DNA of 64,000 bases from Candidatus Tenderia sp. (lineage in GTDB: Bacteria; Pseudomonadota; Gammaproteobacteria; Tenderiales; Tenderiaceae): assembly GCA_031416075.1 (NCBI GenBank), contig JANOSY010000017.1, positions 1-64,000 of the forward strand. Direction: 5' to 3'. Below, in pieces: positions 50,477 to 60,822 of the stretch; position 1 is the first letter of the stretch; every line of letters starts with the position of its first letter. The position numbers and the translations under genes are program-made. Under the pieces are notes generated by a model. That model saw only the letters and a program-made list of their open reading frames with translations. It was not told the origin of the DNA and ran no database searches.

Positions 50477-51613
50477 ATGACGGCTGATGCTTTGAAAAAA
50501 AACATCCTGATTGTCTGCACCTCTCCCTCACTCGGCGGGCTTGAGTTGTATGCTGAGCGTGAATGGCGAAACTTAACCCAGCACTCTGAACATAACTGCC
50601 ACTTTGCACTGTCGGCCAGTGGCAAACTTATGCAACGATTGAAACAGCAATACGACATAAAACAGTTACCGATTCATGCCAATAAATTTCTCCCACTGCT
50701 CGCCGCCGTTAAAATGGCCCGCTATATTGACCGGCACAACATTAATGTCATTCATATGCACTGGGGCAACGATCTGCACCTCTGTGCACTGGCCAAAATT
50801 CTCTCAAAAACAAAACCGGCGCTCATTTACAGCCGCCACATGCGGATTACCCGTCCTAAAAAAGATCTCTTTCACCGATTTTTTTATCGTCAAGTTAACA
50901 CTGTGTTAGCAGTCAGCCGCTGTGTATTAAATGATGCCCATCTTTTTCTGCCCCTTAATAAATCACAAACCCAACTACTACACCCAGGTGTTGCCGCGCC
51001 AACAACCGTGACCAACAACTGCCCTGCCCATCTGCCGGAATATCAGCCGGAGAGTGGTTTTTACATTGGCATGTTTGGCCGCATTGAACATGGCAAAGGT
51101 CAGCATCTGTTGATTGATGCCGTTGCCTCACTGCTGCATGATGGCACTCATGTGACTGCGTATATTGTTGGCCACCCAATGGATAACGCCTATTTTTCAT
51201 CCTTAAAAAAGAGGGTCCTGGAAGAAAACCTGAGCGACAATATAGTGTTCATGGATTTTGTAGACAACCCTGGCCAAATACTCCCCTGCTTTGATCTGAT
51301 CACACTGTTAACTTACTGCGAGACGTTTGGTCTGATTCTCGCCGAGGCCATGCGCGCCAATGTCTGCGTGATTGGCACCAATGCGGGCGGGGTACCTGAT
51401 ATCATAGACGATGAAAAAAATGGCCTGCTAATTGAAGCAGGGGACGCCAACATGCTGGCCCTTGCCATCAAAAGGCTGCATGATAATCCTGAATTAAAAA
51501 ACAGACTGGCACATGCTGGAAAAACAAAAGCAGATCTCTATTTCAATGAAGAGATCCATTTTTCTAAACTACGTGACATTATTGCATATCCATCACTAGG
51601 CAATAAAAAATAA
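50477..51613 (+). CDS. GT4 glycosyltransferase
   Basis: GGLE, GRI..GKGQ, ETFGL.LAEAM and GGVPDII. Confidence 0.9.
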   Translation: MTADALKKNILIVCTSPSLGGLELYAEREWRNLTQHSEHNCHFALSASGKLMQRLKQQYDIKQLPIHANKFLPLLAAVKMARYIDRHNINVIHMHWGNDLHLCALAKILSKTKPALIYSRHMRITRPKKDLFHRFFYRQVNTVLAVSRCVLNDAHLFLPLNKSQTQLLHPGVAAPTTVTNNCPAHLPEYQPESGFYIGMFGRIEHGKGQHLLIDAVASLLHDGTHVTAYIVGHPMDNAYFSSLKKRVLEENLSDNIVFMDFVDNPGQILPCFDLITLLTYCETFGLILAEAMRANVCVIGTNAGGVPDIIDDEKNGLLIEAGDANMLALAIKRLHDNPELKNRLAHAGKTKADLYFNEEIHFSKLRDIIAYPSLGNKK

Positions 51614-51627
51614 CCGGCATCAACACA

Positions 51628-52662
51628 ATGCAAAGCAACAATAAAAGAATACTGATCGTCCGCAACGACAAGCTCGGTGACTTTATGCTTGCCTGGCCCG
51701 CCTTTGCCACGCTTAAACAGAACATGCCTGATTGTGAAATCCATGCATTGGTCAGCCACTACACTGCTGACATGGCAAAACTCTGCCCTAACATTGACAG
51801 CGTCATCATTGACCCAGGCAAGCAGACATCACTCAGCGATAAGTTAAGTTTTACTGCTGCATTAAAGAAACAGCACTACAACGCGGTCATCACGCTCTTT
51901 TCGACCACACATATTGGCTGGATGGTGATGTGTGCAGGAATAGCCTATCGTCTTGCACCGGCCACAAAATTTGCACAGCTATTTTATAATCAGCGGCTCA
52001 AGCAGCGCCGTTCACTCTCTGAACAGCCAGAGTATGCCTACAATCAGGCGCTGGTTATGCATTATCTATCCGCGTTAGGCATTCAGCCTGCCACAACACC
52101 ACAACCACCGTTTTTAAAGTTTGACAACTCAATTCTTAACAAGCTAAAACAACAGTTCTGCCATCAACACAGCATTCAAACTGATCATAAATTAATATTC
52201 ATTCATCCCGGCAGTGGCGGCTCCGCCAATAATTTAAGCCTGGAGCAGTATGCAGATATAGCAAGGTCGTTACGATCCAGAGACCGGCATACCATCGTCA
52301 TTAGTGCTGGCCCCAGCGAAATCGACTATGCAGAGACCTTGGGCAAACTACTGGGGGATATACCCCATACCGTCTATGCATCAACGCAGGGATTAGAACA
52401 GTTCAGTCAACACATTGCGATCGCTGATCTATTTATTAGCGGTTCTACCGGGCCACTGCATATTGCCGGTGCACTTAACTGTAATACTGCGGCCTTTTAT
52501 CCACGTCGCCGCTCTGCTACAGCACTGCGCTGGCAGACAACCAACGAGGCCCATAAACGACTCTGGTTTTCTCCACCAGAGGGTGCTGAACAAGAGGCGA
52601 TGTCGACCATTGATACGTCTGATGCCGCACAACAGATCAGCGAAAAGTTTTTATTGGTCTAA
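51628..52662 (+). CDS. GT9 heptosyltransferase (outer heptose, WaaQ-like)
   Basis: ILIVRNDKLGDFMLAWP, HPGSGGSA.N and STGPLHIA. Confidence 0.85.
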   Translation: MQSNNKRILIVRNDKLGDFMLAWPAFATLKQNMPDCEIHALVSHYTADMAKLCPNIDSVIIDPGKQTSLSDKLSFTAALKKQHYNAVITLFSTTHIGWMVMCAGIAYRLAPATKFAQLFYNQRLKQRRSLSEQPEYAYNQALVMHYLSALGIQPATTPQPPFLKFDNSILNKLKQQFCHQHSIQTDHKLIFIHPGSGGSANNLSLEQYADIARSLRSRDRHTIVISAGPSEIDYAETLGKLLGDIPHTVYASTQGLEQFSQHIAIADLFISGSTGPLHIAGALNCNTAAFYPRRRSATALRWQTTNEAHKRLWFSPPEGAEQEAMSTIDTSDAAQQISEKFLLV

Positions 52663-53427
52663 ATGGTTTGGCTGTCGCCGCACCCAGAGATCTGCATATT
52701 TAACAAACGTTGAGTGAGCAGACAATATGGCCAACAGCAGTCCCTGTTGGCCATCGAGAAAACCGGCCCGCAATAGGTACATCCGCACAAAACAACCTAA
52801 CCCATGCAAGCCCCCTTGCAGCAGGGAAGCCCTTTTACCACGCAGCTCGCGCTGCAACGCCCATTCACTGGCGTAGTGGGCTGACTTGACCAGATAATGT
52901 TCGAGGTCTCGATAGGTGTAGTGCAACATGTCACCACGCAATTTTCTAAGTTTCAGACTGTCTGGGTATTCCAGTTTTTCATGGACCCGTGCGGCGTTAT
53001 AAGCGGCCTTTTGCCGTGGATACAAACGCACCACGTAATCGGGGTACCAACCACTGTGGCGAATAAACCGACCAAAGCAGTATGACAGTCTGGGCAAGGC
53101 GTACACACCATTCATATTGACTGGATCATCAACAACGGCTTTGATCTCAGCAATCAACGCGGGCGTTAATATCTCATCAGCATCCACCATCAATACCCAG
53201 TCACCGGTTGCGTAACTCTGTGCACGCTGTCGCTGCACACCAAAACCAGCCCACTCGGTAGCGGTATATACCTTGTCTGTATAAACGCGTGCAACATCAA
53301 CGGTATTGTCGCGACTGCCACTATCAAGCACCACAATCTCATCAGCCCACACAAGCCCCTGCAAACATGCGGCTAGATTATTGGCCTCATTTTTAACGAT
53401 GAGTACTGCTGAGACTTTAACGTTCAT
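52651..53427 (-). CDS. GT2 LPS glucosyltransferase (KdtX/WaaE-like)
   Basis: IVKNE, LDSGS.D.T, W.GFG.QR..AQ, DADE, GWYPDYV.RL, VHE and GFLDG. Confidence 0.88.
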   Translation of the reverse strand: MNVKVSAVLIVKNEANNLAACLQGLVWADEIVVLDSGSRDNTVDVARVYTDKVYTATEWAGFGVQRQRAQSYATGDWVLMVDADEILTPALIAEIKAVVDDPVNMNGVYALPRLSYCFGRFIRHSGWYPDYVVRLYPRQKAAYNAARVHEKLEYPDSLKLRKLRGDMLHYTYRDLEHYLVKSAHYASEWALQRELRGKRASLLQGGLHGLGCFVRMYLLRAGFLDGQQGLLLAILSAHSTFVKYADLWVRRQPNHLDQ

Positions 53428-54664
53428 ACAACCCTTTCTGCCTGTTTGTGGACACCATCAATAGCGCCAGCAGAACTACATAGACAGAGGATATTGATGA
53501 CCTGCCAGCCCAGTTCTGCCCGATGCCAAACACCGCAAATGTCAACACTAACAGGACCCCAGCAACAGGGGCAAAGAGATGCATATCATCCCGGCGAGAC
53601 ACGTACGCGGCTGTAAAAAACCGCAGCGGCAGAACGATCAGCGCCAGTAACATAGTGATGAGCCCCAGAAGACCGGTGGTTGCAAGAAACTCAAAATAGA
53701 TACTGTGCGCTTCACCGTACGCGGTGATCAACGTGGTTTCACCCGCCGCCATAATCTGCTTCATGTCTGTGAAGTAATCGCCCAGCCCGCTACCAATCAT
53801 CGGATTTTTCTGCCAGATGTCATAGGATATCTCCCACATTAATAGCCGCTCGCCTACCGCCGTATTGCCATCACCACCGCTGGCAAACTGCACCAGATTA
53901 CGCCCCGCCTCGGCCATTCGATCATGAACGATGGTGCTATTGGTAGCGACAAACAGCCCACCAGCAAGCATCAATGCCGCCAGAAAAAAGCGTTTTAACC
54001 GCTCACGTCGAGTATTCGATATATATAAAAAGTGGGCCAACACTACCAATGCGGCAACGGGAAAGGCTAACCAGCTGCCACGTGTCAGGGACATAACACT
54101 GGCATACAACGCACCCGCCACGCTGATTAAGGCCAATAACAATAACCAGCGTTGCCTCCGGCAGATAATCGCTATTGCCAGGGAAAAAACAGCAATCAGT
54201 ATAGTGAAGTTACCAAACAGAATTGCGTTGTAGGCACCATCTGCCCGTCCGTTCTCTATATCCACAATGGATGACCAGAGCACAACAGGCCCGGCAACAA
54301 CCACACCCCATTGCAGGTACTTCAGCGCATCCAGTTTAAGTTGGCGCAACAGCAGATAAATCGGCACGATGCCTACAAACCTCAGCAGTCGTTCAAGCCT
54401 GCTGATGGACTTACCCATGTCATCACTATTCACCAGGCTCAGTGTTGCCGCTGCAAAAAAAATCAATCCGGCATACAAGACGTGGCGCTCATCAGCTTGC
54501 AGATTTTTCCACTCTGGCCAGCCCCATACCAGCCCCATCAGAAACAACAGACTGAAGATGGTGCTTGCGGAGTGTTCGACCGTTGCCATGGTCACTGGCA
54601 GCAAAAAGATCAGCCCTGCTATAAACAGATTAACCGCTCTGTTATCCATCGTACGTTGCATCAA
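53417..54664 (-). CDS. waaL: O-antigen ligase family protein
   Basis: Multi-pass membrane protein with S.TRG.W, G.RL..W......NP..G.G and AHS.Y.E.L...G..G. Confidence 0.85.
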   Translation of the reverse strand: MMQRTMDNRAVNLFIAGLIFLLPVTMATVEHSASTIFSLLFLMGLVWGWPEWKNLQADERHVLYAGLIFFAAATLSLVNSDDMGKSISRLERLLRFVGIVPIYLLLRQLKLDALKYLQWGVVVAGPVVLWSSIVDIENGRADGAYNAILFGNFTILIAVFSLAIAIICRRQRWLLLLALISVAGALYASVMSLTRGSWLAFPVAALVVLAHFLYISNTRRERLKRFFLAALMLAGGLFVATNSTIVHDRMAEAGRNLVQFASGGDGNTAVGERLLMWEISYDIWQKNPMIGSGLGDYFTDMKQIMAAGETTLITAYGEAHSIYFEFLATTGLLGLITMLLALIVLPLRFFTAAYVSRRDDMHLFAPVAGVLLVLTFAVFGIGQNWAGRSSISSVYVVLLALLMVSTNRQKGLYER

Positions 54665-55665
54665 AACGGTCCTGCTTTTTCCAATACGTAACTCACATCA
54701 ATCTCTCTCAAACAGCGATAGTGGCCCAGTGGGCATTCACGTTTGAAACAGGGGCTGCACTCCAGATTCAGATAGAGCACTGTGGCCTTATCAGTCAGTG
54801 GCGGTGTATAGCTGGGTGATGATGAGCCGTAGATGGCAACAATCTTACGTCCGGTAGCGGCGGCAATATGCATCAGGCCCGAGTCATTACTCACCACAAG
54901 ATCGGTCAGCGCAATCAGATCAACAACGTCTCCCAGCTGCGTGCGTCCTGCCAGATTAACCACGCCATCACCGGCACTGCCTGCAATCTCATCACACAGC
55001 GGCTGATCTTTGGCCGAGCCAAAAAGCCATACCTGTTTCCCCTGCGTGACCAGTTGCTGCGCCAATGCCGCAAAATAGTCGGGCGGCCAACGTTTGGCAG
55101 GACCATATTCAGCAGCGGGCATAAAACCTACCACCGGCTGTTCCAACGACAGACCCAATGTTTGCAGTAGCCGTTGCTGGTTATCCACATCAATGGTCAA
55201 TGATGGATAGCTGATTTCAGGCGGTAGTACAGCCTCACGTTCAAGCCCCAGCGCTACATAACGCTGCACTGTTTGTGTCAGCACCGTTTTATCCAGCTGC
55301 CGCATATCATTGATCAATCCATAACGCAGCTCGCCTGTATAACCGGTGCGTCTGGGGATATGGGCAAAAAAAGGGGTCAGTGCAGATTTAAAAGAGCGCG
55401 GTGTAATAATCGCCTGATCATACCCTTCCGCACGCAGCTGTTTACCAAGACGGTAGCGCTGTTTCAAACCCAACGTACCGTGGCCTAACGGCATCTCGAT
55501 GTGACGCCGCACCTCAGCCATACGTTGAATAATGGGACCAGACCAAGCTGGGGCCAAGACATCAATCACGACACCGGGATAACGTTGCTGCAAGGCTTGG
55601 TAGAGGCTCTGCGCCATCACCATATCCCCGACCCATGACGGGCCTGCCACCAGGATTTTTTGCAT
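54661..55665 (-). CDS. waaF: Heptosyltransferase II
   Basis: KILV.GPSWVGDMVM.QSL, P.AEYGPAKRWP, NDSGLMH and C.PCF.RECPLGH. Confidence 0.93.
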   Translation of the reverse strand: MQKILVAGPSWVGDMVMAQSLYQALQQRYPGVVIDVLAPAWSGPIIQRMAEVRRHIEMPLGHGTLGLKQRYRLGKQLRAEGYDQAIITPRSFKSALTPFFAHIPRRTGYTGELRYGLINDMRQLDKTVLTQTVQRYVALGLEREAVLPPEISYPSLTIDVDNQQRLLQTLGLSLEQPVVGFMPAAEYGPAKRWPPDYFAALAQQLVTQGKQVWLFGSAKDQPLCDEIAGSAGDGVVNLAGRTQLGDVVDLIALTDLVVSNDSGLMHIAAATGRKIVAIYGSSSPSYTPPLTDKATVLYLNLECSPCFKRECPLGHYRCLREIDVSYVLEKAGPF

Positions 55666-55693
55666 TAGCACAGCCCCCGCCACTGCGCTCTTT

Positions 55694-56659
55694 TCAATCC
55701 TTGCCCCGGTTAAGCCACTGCATATAGTCGCTGACACCCTCTTCCACCGTTTTAAAGGGGGCGCTGTAACCGCTGCTACGCAGCGCGCTGATATCCGCCT
55801 CGGTGAAACTCTGGTAACACCCCTTCAGATGGTCCGGAAACGGGATGTATTCCAACGTGCCCTTGGCGTGATATTGAAGCACCGCATTGGCCACATCGTT
55901 AAAGCTCTGACTACGCCCGGTACCGAGATTAAAGATGCCGGACTTGCCACTGTTCTGCCAGAACCAGAGGTTCACCGCCACCACATCAGCGATGTAGATA
56001 AAGTCACGACGCTGTTCACCGTCACCATAACCATCACATCCGGCAAAGAGCCGGACCTTGCCAGTATCTTTCACCTGATTATTCAGATGAAAGGCAACAC
56101 TGGCCATGCTGCCTTTATGCTGCTCACGCGGACCATACACATTAAAATAACGAAATCCCACCACCTGGCTTTTGGCCCCTGATGGATGAAAGCTCAGCTG
56201 GCGACGCACATATTGATCAAACTGAAACTTGGAGTAGCCATACACATTAAGCGGCTCCTCATACTCCAGTGACTCTTTAAAGATGGGGCCATCGCCATAC
56301 ACAGAGGCGGATGAGGCGTAGAGATATTGAATCCCCCGCTCCAGGCAGTAGTGCAGCAGCGCCTTGGAGTAGTCGTAATTGACCTGCATCATGTAACGGC
56401 CATCCCACTCGGTGGTGGAAGAACAGGCCCCTTGATGGAACATCGCCTCAACTGGCTCGGCAAACTCATCACCGCTGAGGATCATCTCCAGAAACTCATC
56501 TTTATCCATGTAGTCAGCGATGTCACAATCGGCAAGGTTTTTGAACTTAGGGCCATCCTCAAGATCATCCACCACCAGGATGTCGTTACGCCCAAGTGCG
56601 TTTAAACCCTTCACAATATTGCTACCGATAAATCCGGCACCGCCTGTCACTATGATCAT
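55694..56659 (-). CDS. hldD: ADP-L-glycero-D-manno-heptose 6-epimerase
   Basis: [38 protein letters not shown] and [16 protein letters not shown]. Confidence 0.95.
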   Translation of the reverse strand: MIIVTGGAGFIGSNIVKGLNALGRNDILVVDDLEDGPKFKNLADCDIADYMDKDEFLEMILSGDEFAEPVEAMFHQGACSSTTEWDGRYMMQVNYDYSKALLHYCLERGIQYLYASSASVYGDGPIFKESLEYEEPLNVYGYSKFQFDQYVRRQLSFHPSGAKSQVVGFRYFNVYGPREQHKGSMASVAFHLNNQVKDTGKVRLFAGCDGYGDGEQRRDFIYIADVVAVNLWFWQNSGKSGIFNLGTGRSQSFNDVANAVLQYHAKGTLEYIPFPDHLKGCYQSFTEADISALRSSGYSAPFKTVEEGVSDYMQWLNRGKD

Positions 56660-56678
56660 CGCTCTACCCTTTTAACCG

Positions 56679-58106
56679 TCAACTGCCACGAATCAGATTA
56701 ATAATACGTGTTGTGGAAACACCATCAACAAAGCCCAGCACTACCACCTCACCGCCCGCCTCTGTGACACACTGACCGCCCGCAATCTGGTCGGGGCGAT
56801 AGTCACCCCCCTTCACCAGCACATCGGGTTTGATGTGGCAGATCAGCCGCTCGGGGGTATCTTCACCAAAAGGCACCACCCAATCCACACTACCCAAAGC
56901 GGCCAGCACGATCATGCGCTGTGCCAAACTGTTCACCGGGCGCTCTTCACCCTTGAGCCGTTTAACCGAGGCATCATCATTCACCGCCACGATCAGGCGA
57001 TCACCGAGTTTGCGCGCCTGCTCCAGATAGGTGACATGGCCAGCATGCAGAATATCGAAACAGCCATTGGTCATCACCACCCGCTCGCCATGGGCCTGGG
57101 CATCACGCACCAACATCTCCAGGCGTGTTTCGGTCATAACACCGCCTTCGGTCTGGTCATGGCCGCGCAGGGCGCGGCGCAGTTCAGACACCGTGGCCGT
57201 GGCGGTACCGAGTTTGCCCACCACCACACCTGCGGCCAGATTGGCCAGCGCCGTCGCCTCAGCCATCTCAACCCCCGCTGCAAGCGCCGTGGCTAGCGTG
57301 GCGATCACCGTATCACCGGCACCGGTCACGTCGTACACCTCCTGTGCCTTGGTGGGCAGATGCAGTGCCGGCTGCCCCTGACGCAACAGGGTCATCCCCT
57401 TTTCACTGCGGGTTACCAGCAGCGCATCGAGCTGCAATCCTGCAAGCAACGCCTCGCCCTTCGCCACCAGCTCTTCATCATTTTTGCAGTGGCCCACCAC
57501 CGCCTCAAACTCGCTCATATTGGGTGTGATCAGCGTGGCCCCGCGATAGATGGAGTAGTCACTGCCCTTGGGGTCGACCAATACCGGCTTACCCGCTGCC
57601 CGTGCAGCTGCAATCAGCCCCTGCACGCCACTCAGTGTGCCTTTGCCATAATCCGACAGGACCACCGCATCACACCCCGTCAGCATCTCGCTATAACGCT
57701 GTTGCATTGCCGTGGTATCCAGGGCGTGAAAGCCATCTTCAAAGTCGAGGCGGATCAACTGCTGATGACGGCTGATGACACGCAGCTTGGTCACCGTTGG
57801 CATACCTGGTGCTGTCTCAAAGTGACAATGGACCCCGGCCCCCTCAAGACGTCGGACAAGTGCCCCGGCCGCCTCATCCGCCCCCACCAACCCCATCAGG
57901 GTGGAGCTGCCACCCAGTGAGACGATATTCAGCGCCACGTTACCGGCACCGCCGGGACGCTCCTCAGACTCGCCCACATGGACCACTGGCACCGGGGCCT
58001 CTGGCGAAATACGCGAAGTGCTACCGTACCAGTAGCGGTCCAACATCAGGTCGCCCACCACGAGGACACGCGCCTGTTCAAAATTGGGTATATGGATCTT
58101 CATCAC
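56679..58106 (-). CDS. hldE: Bifunctional heptose 7-phosphate kinase / 1-phosphate adenylyltransferase
   Basis: [37 protein letters not shown] and KGGDY. Confidence 0.95.
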   Translation of the reverse strand: MMKIHIPNFEQARVLVVGDLMLDRYWYGSTSRISPEAPVPVVHVGESEERPGGAGNVALNIVSLGGSSTLMGLVGADEAAGALVRRLEGAGVHCHFETAPGMPTVTKLRVISRHQQLIRLDFEDGFHALDTTAMQQRYSEMLTGCDAVVLSDYGKGTLSGVQGLIAAARAAGKPVLVDPKGSDYSIYRGATLITPNMSEFEAVVGHCKNDEELVAKGEALLAGLQLDALLVTRSEKGMTLLRQGQPALHLPTKAQEVYDVTGAGDTVIATLATALAAGVEMAEATALANLAAGVVVGKLGTATATVSELRRALRGHDQTEGGVMTETRLEMLVRDAQAHGERVVMTNGCFDILHAGHVTYLEQARKLGDRLIVAVNDDASVKRLKGEERPVNSLAQRMIVLAALGSVDWVVPFGEDTPERLICHIKPDVLVKGGDYRPDQIAGGQCVTEAGGEVVVLGFVDGVSTTRIINLIRGS

Positions 58107-58274
58107 CAGCCTAGCGCACCAAAAGCTCTACAGAGTCAAAAAACGGGTTAGATCGAAAACTGCGGAATGATACCACGACTCATTTCATCACCCCAGCCAA
58201 CCCGTCACTTCGTTATCACCGCCCAGCCAGTTACAATGCCCCCTAACTCTATAAATAACAGTGTGACCAAGCTG

Positions 58275-60029
58275 ATGGATTCCGACAACAAACGCCTCTA
58301 TGCCCGACTACTCCAGCACATCCGCCCCTACTGGAAGGCATTTGCACTCTCCATCCTTGCCACCGTCATCATCGGCGTCACCGAACCGGCCATCCCCGGC
58401 ATTCTTGGCCCCATGCTGGATGGTAGCTTTGTGGATAAAAGCAGTGATGCCGCACTCTACTACTCACTCATGCTGGTGGGGCTGTTCATCGTACGTGGCA
58501 TCGCCCAGTACATCAGCACCGTTGCCATGAGTTGGGTCGGCCACAAAGTGATTATGGACCTGCGGATAGCGATGTTTGAAAAGCTGACCCATGTACCCAA
58601 TCAGTTTTACGACCACCACGCCTACGGCAGCCTGCTCTCCAAATTCAGCTTTGATGTCACCCAGGTCTACGAGGCCACCACCAACGCACTGATCATCATC
58701 GTCCGCGACACCGTCACCATCATCGGGCTGCTCGCCTTTATGCTCTATACCGACTGGAAACTCGCGCTCTTCTTCTTCACCATCCTTCCCGCAATCGCCA
58801 TCATTGTCAAAGTGATCGCCAAACGGTTACGCCGCATCAACCTTACCCTGCAACAGCAGGTGGGTGAGATGAACACCGTTGTTGAAGAGGCACTCCAGGG
58901 GCACAAGGAGGTCAAGCTCTTTGGCGGCCACCCCTACGAACACGCCCGTCTGAAAGAGACTGTCAATATGGTACGACGCTTCTTCATGAAGGCCATTGTT
59001 ACCTCGGCCTCCAGCGTCCCCGTCGTACAACTGCTGTCGATCACCGCGCTGGCCTTCATCGTTAACCTTGCCGCCGCCCAGGAACCCTCCATGTCAGTGG
59101 GGACTTTTGTCGCCTTTTTTGGTGCCATGGGACTCATGCTCTCCCCCATCAAACGGCTCACCAGTGTCAACGACCCGCTACAACGTGGTCTGGCTGCCGC
59201 ACAAAGTGTCTTTGCCCTGATCGATGAAGCGGCCGAACCAGACCAGGGCAGCCAACCACTGCCCCGTGCCCAGGGGCGCATCGAGCTGCGCCAGCTCAGC
59301 TTCCGCTACCCCAATGCCGAACAGGACGCCCTGCACAACATTAATCTCACCATCACCCCCGGCGAGACCATCGCCCTGGTGGGGCAATCAGGCAGCGGCA
59401 AAACAACCCTGGCCAACTTGATCCCACGGTTTTACCAACCCAGTTCAGGCCAGTTATTGATCGACAACCTGGATACCCAGACAATCAAACTCGACGCACT
59501 ACGCAACAACCTCAGCCTGGTCAGCCAGCAGGTAGTGCTCTTCAACGACACCATCGCCGCCAACATCGCCTACGGTGGCAAACGCAACGCCAGCGAAGCC
59601 GAAATCATCGCCGCCGCCACAAAGGCCCACGCCATGGAGTTCATCAACGATCTACCACAAGGGCTACAAACACCCTGCGGTCAAAATGGAGTGCGACTCT
59701 CTGGTGGCCAGCGCCAGCGCATCGCCATCGCCCGTGCGTTATTAAAAGACGCGCCCATCTTAATCCTTGATGAAGCAACCTCTGCACTCGACACCGAATC
59801 AGAACAGAAAGTACAACAGGCACTCGAAGAGCTGATGCAAGGACGCACCACCCTCACCATCGCCCATCGCCTCTCCACCATCAAACAGGCCAACCGTATT
59901 GTTGTTATGGACCACGGTCAGATTGTTGAGATCGGCAACCACCATGAACTGCTCGCCAAAGGCGGCCGTTATGCCGACCTCTATCAAATCCAATTTGCCG
60001 GACAAGAACAGAGCCCAGCCGACAAATAA
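58275..60029 (+). CDS. msbA: Lipid A flippase MsbA
   Basis: ABC TM domain plus GQSGSGKT, LSGGQRQRIAIARA, LDEATSALD and IAHRLSTI; located in the LPS cluster. Confidence 0.92.
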   Translation: MDSDNKRLYARLLQHIRPYWKAFALSILATVIIGVTEPAIPGILGPMLDGSFVDKSSDAALYYSLMLVGLFIVRGIAQYISTVAMSWVGHKVIMDLRIAMFEKLTHVPNQFYDHHAYGSLLSKFSFDVTQVYEATTNALIIIVRDTVTIIGLLAFMLYTDWKLALFFFTILPAIAIIVKVIAKRLRRINLTLQQQVGEMNTVVEEALQGHKEVKLFGGHPYEHARLKETVNMVRRFFMKAIVTSASSVPVVQLLSITALAFIVNLAAAQEPSMSVGTFVAFFGAMGLMLSPIKRLTSVNDPLQRGLAAAQSVFALIDEAAEPDQGSQPLPRAQGRIELRQLSFRYPNAEQDALHNINLTITPGETIALVGQSGSGKTTLANLIPRFYQPSSGQLLIDNLDTQTIKLDALRNNLSLVSQQVVLFNDTIAANIAYGGKRNASEAEIIAAATKAHAMEFINDLPQGLQTPCGQNGVRLSGGQRQRIAIARALLKDAPILILDEATSALDTESEQKVQQALEELMQGRTTLTIAHRLSTIKQANRIVVMDHGQIVEIGNHHELLAKGGRYADLYQIQFAGQEQSPADK

Positions 60030-60224
60030 AGAGCCATCAACCAGTCCCGTTCGCCCTGAACCCATCAAAGGGCGGGCATCACCACTCCTGACACTTAATC
60101 ACGCACTGCCAACAGCTCAACCACACAGCAACAGACAAAAAAACATCAACACACCATCCAATCACAAAAAACCCTTAACACTCCAATCGATTTAATCGGT
60201 TTAAACCTGCAATACAACTACATG

Positions 60225-60500
60225 TTTACAATTACATAACATTCACTCCATAATGGCCCCGAAGTTTTGCAAGGACGATACGTTGATCACGGAACGATCA
60301 CCTAATTAAATCGTACTACCCAATCAACACAACAACTCTCTTCATTGCACATTCAGACCTGCGTCCAACTACAACAAAAGTTATCACAACAGGATTTATA
60401 TCCTTGAGCATGACTGTTGACATCCCCTTCAAATCATCAACAGACAGCAAAGAGAGGACTACTAATTCAGGATAGGCCATCTGTCCTTATGTAATTAGGG
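60225..60500 (+). ncRNA. Candidate promoter plus GGA-motif RNA (Csr/Rsm-like sRNA or orphaned leader)
   Basis: TTTACA-N18-CATAAT followed by a tract with no long ORF and six GGA motifs, one in the stem-loop GATC-ACGGAAC-GATC. Confidence 0.3.
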
Positions 60501-60515
60501 AGCCTCTGAATAAGT

Positions 60516-60606
60516 CCGTTCGCCCTGAGCCTGTCGAAGGTTGCTGACGTAACGTCAAATCATTCAACACCCTCCATCCATGGTTCGACAAGCTCACAAC
60601 AAACGG
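60516..60606. repeat. Long imperfect palindromic intergenic repeat
   Basis: CCGTTCGCCCTGAGCCTGTCGAA...TTCGACAAGCTCACAACAAACGG; a degenerate half copy lies at 60047-60072. Confidence 0.6.
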
Positions 60607-60609
60607 GTT

Positions 60610-60762
60610 GATCTACCTCTTTACCCTCCGCTTCACACCAAGATAAAACAACGTGAAGATTGATTCATCACCGGAGAAGACGTCGCGACTCTTCACTATT
60701 TTTTGTGTCGCGTCGCTCAACGACTCGATCGCATTAATGGTGTAAATCACTCAGCGAATCTC
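60610..60762 (-). pseudogene. IS256-family transposase fragment
   Basis: Minus-strand frame EIR*VIYTINAIESLSDATQKIVKSRDVFSGDESIFTLFYLG matches the IS256 IRR.IYTTNAIESLN...RK..K.R..FP.D.S..K..YL motif, with stops. Confidence 0.8.
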
Positions 60763-60822
60763 GAACGCTCATTAACCACCCATCCACTACTTGTGAAGCC
60801 GTAAATGTTACGCCTGCTTTAA

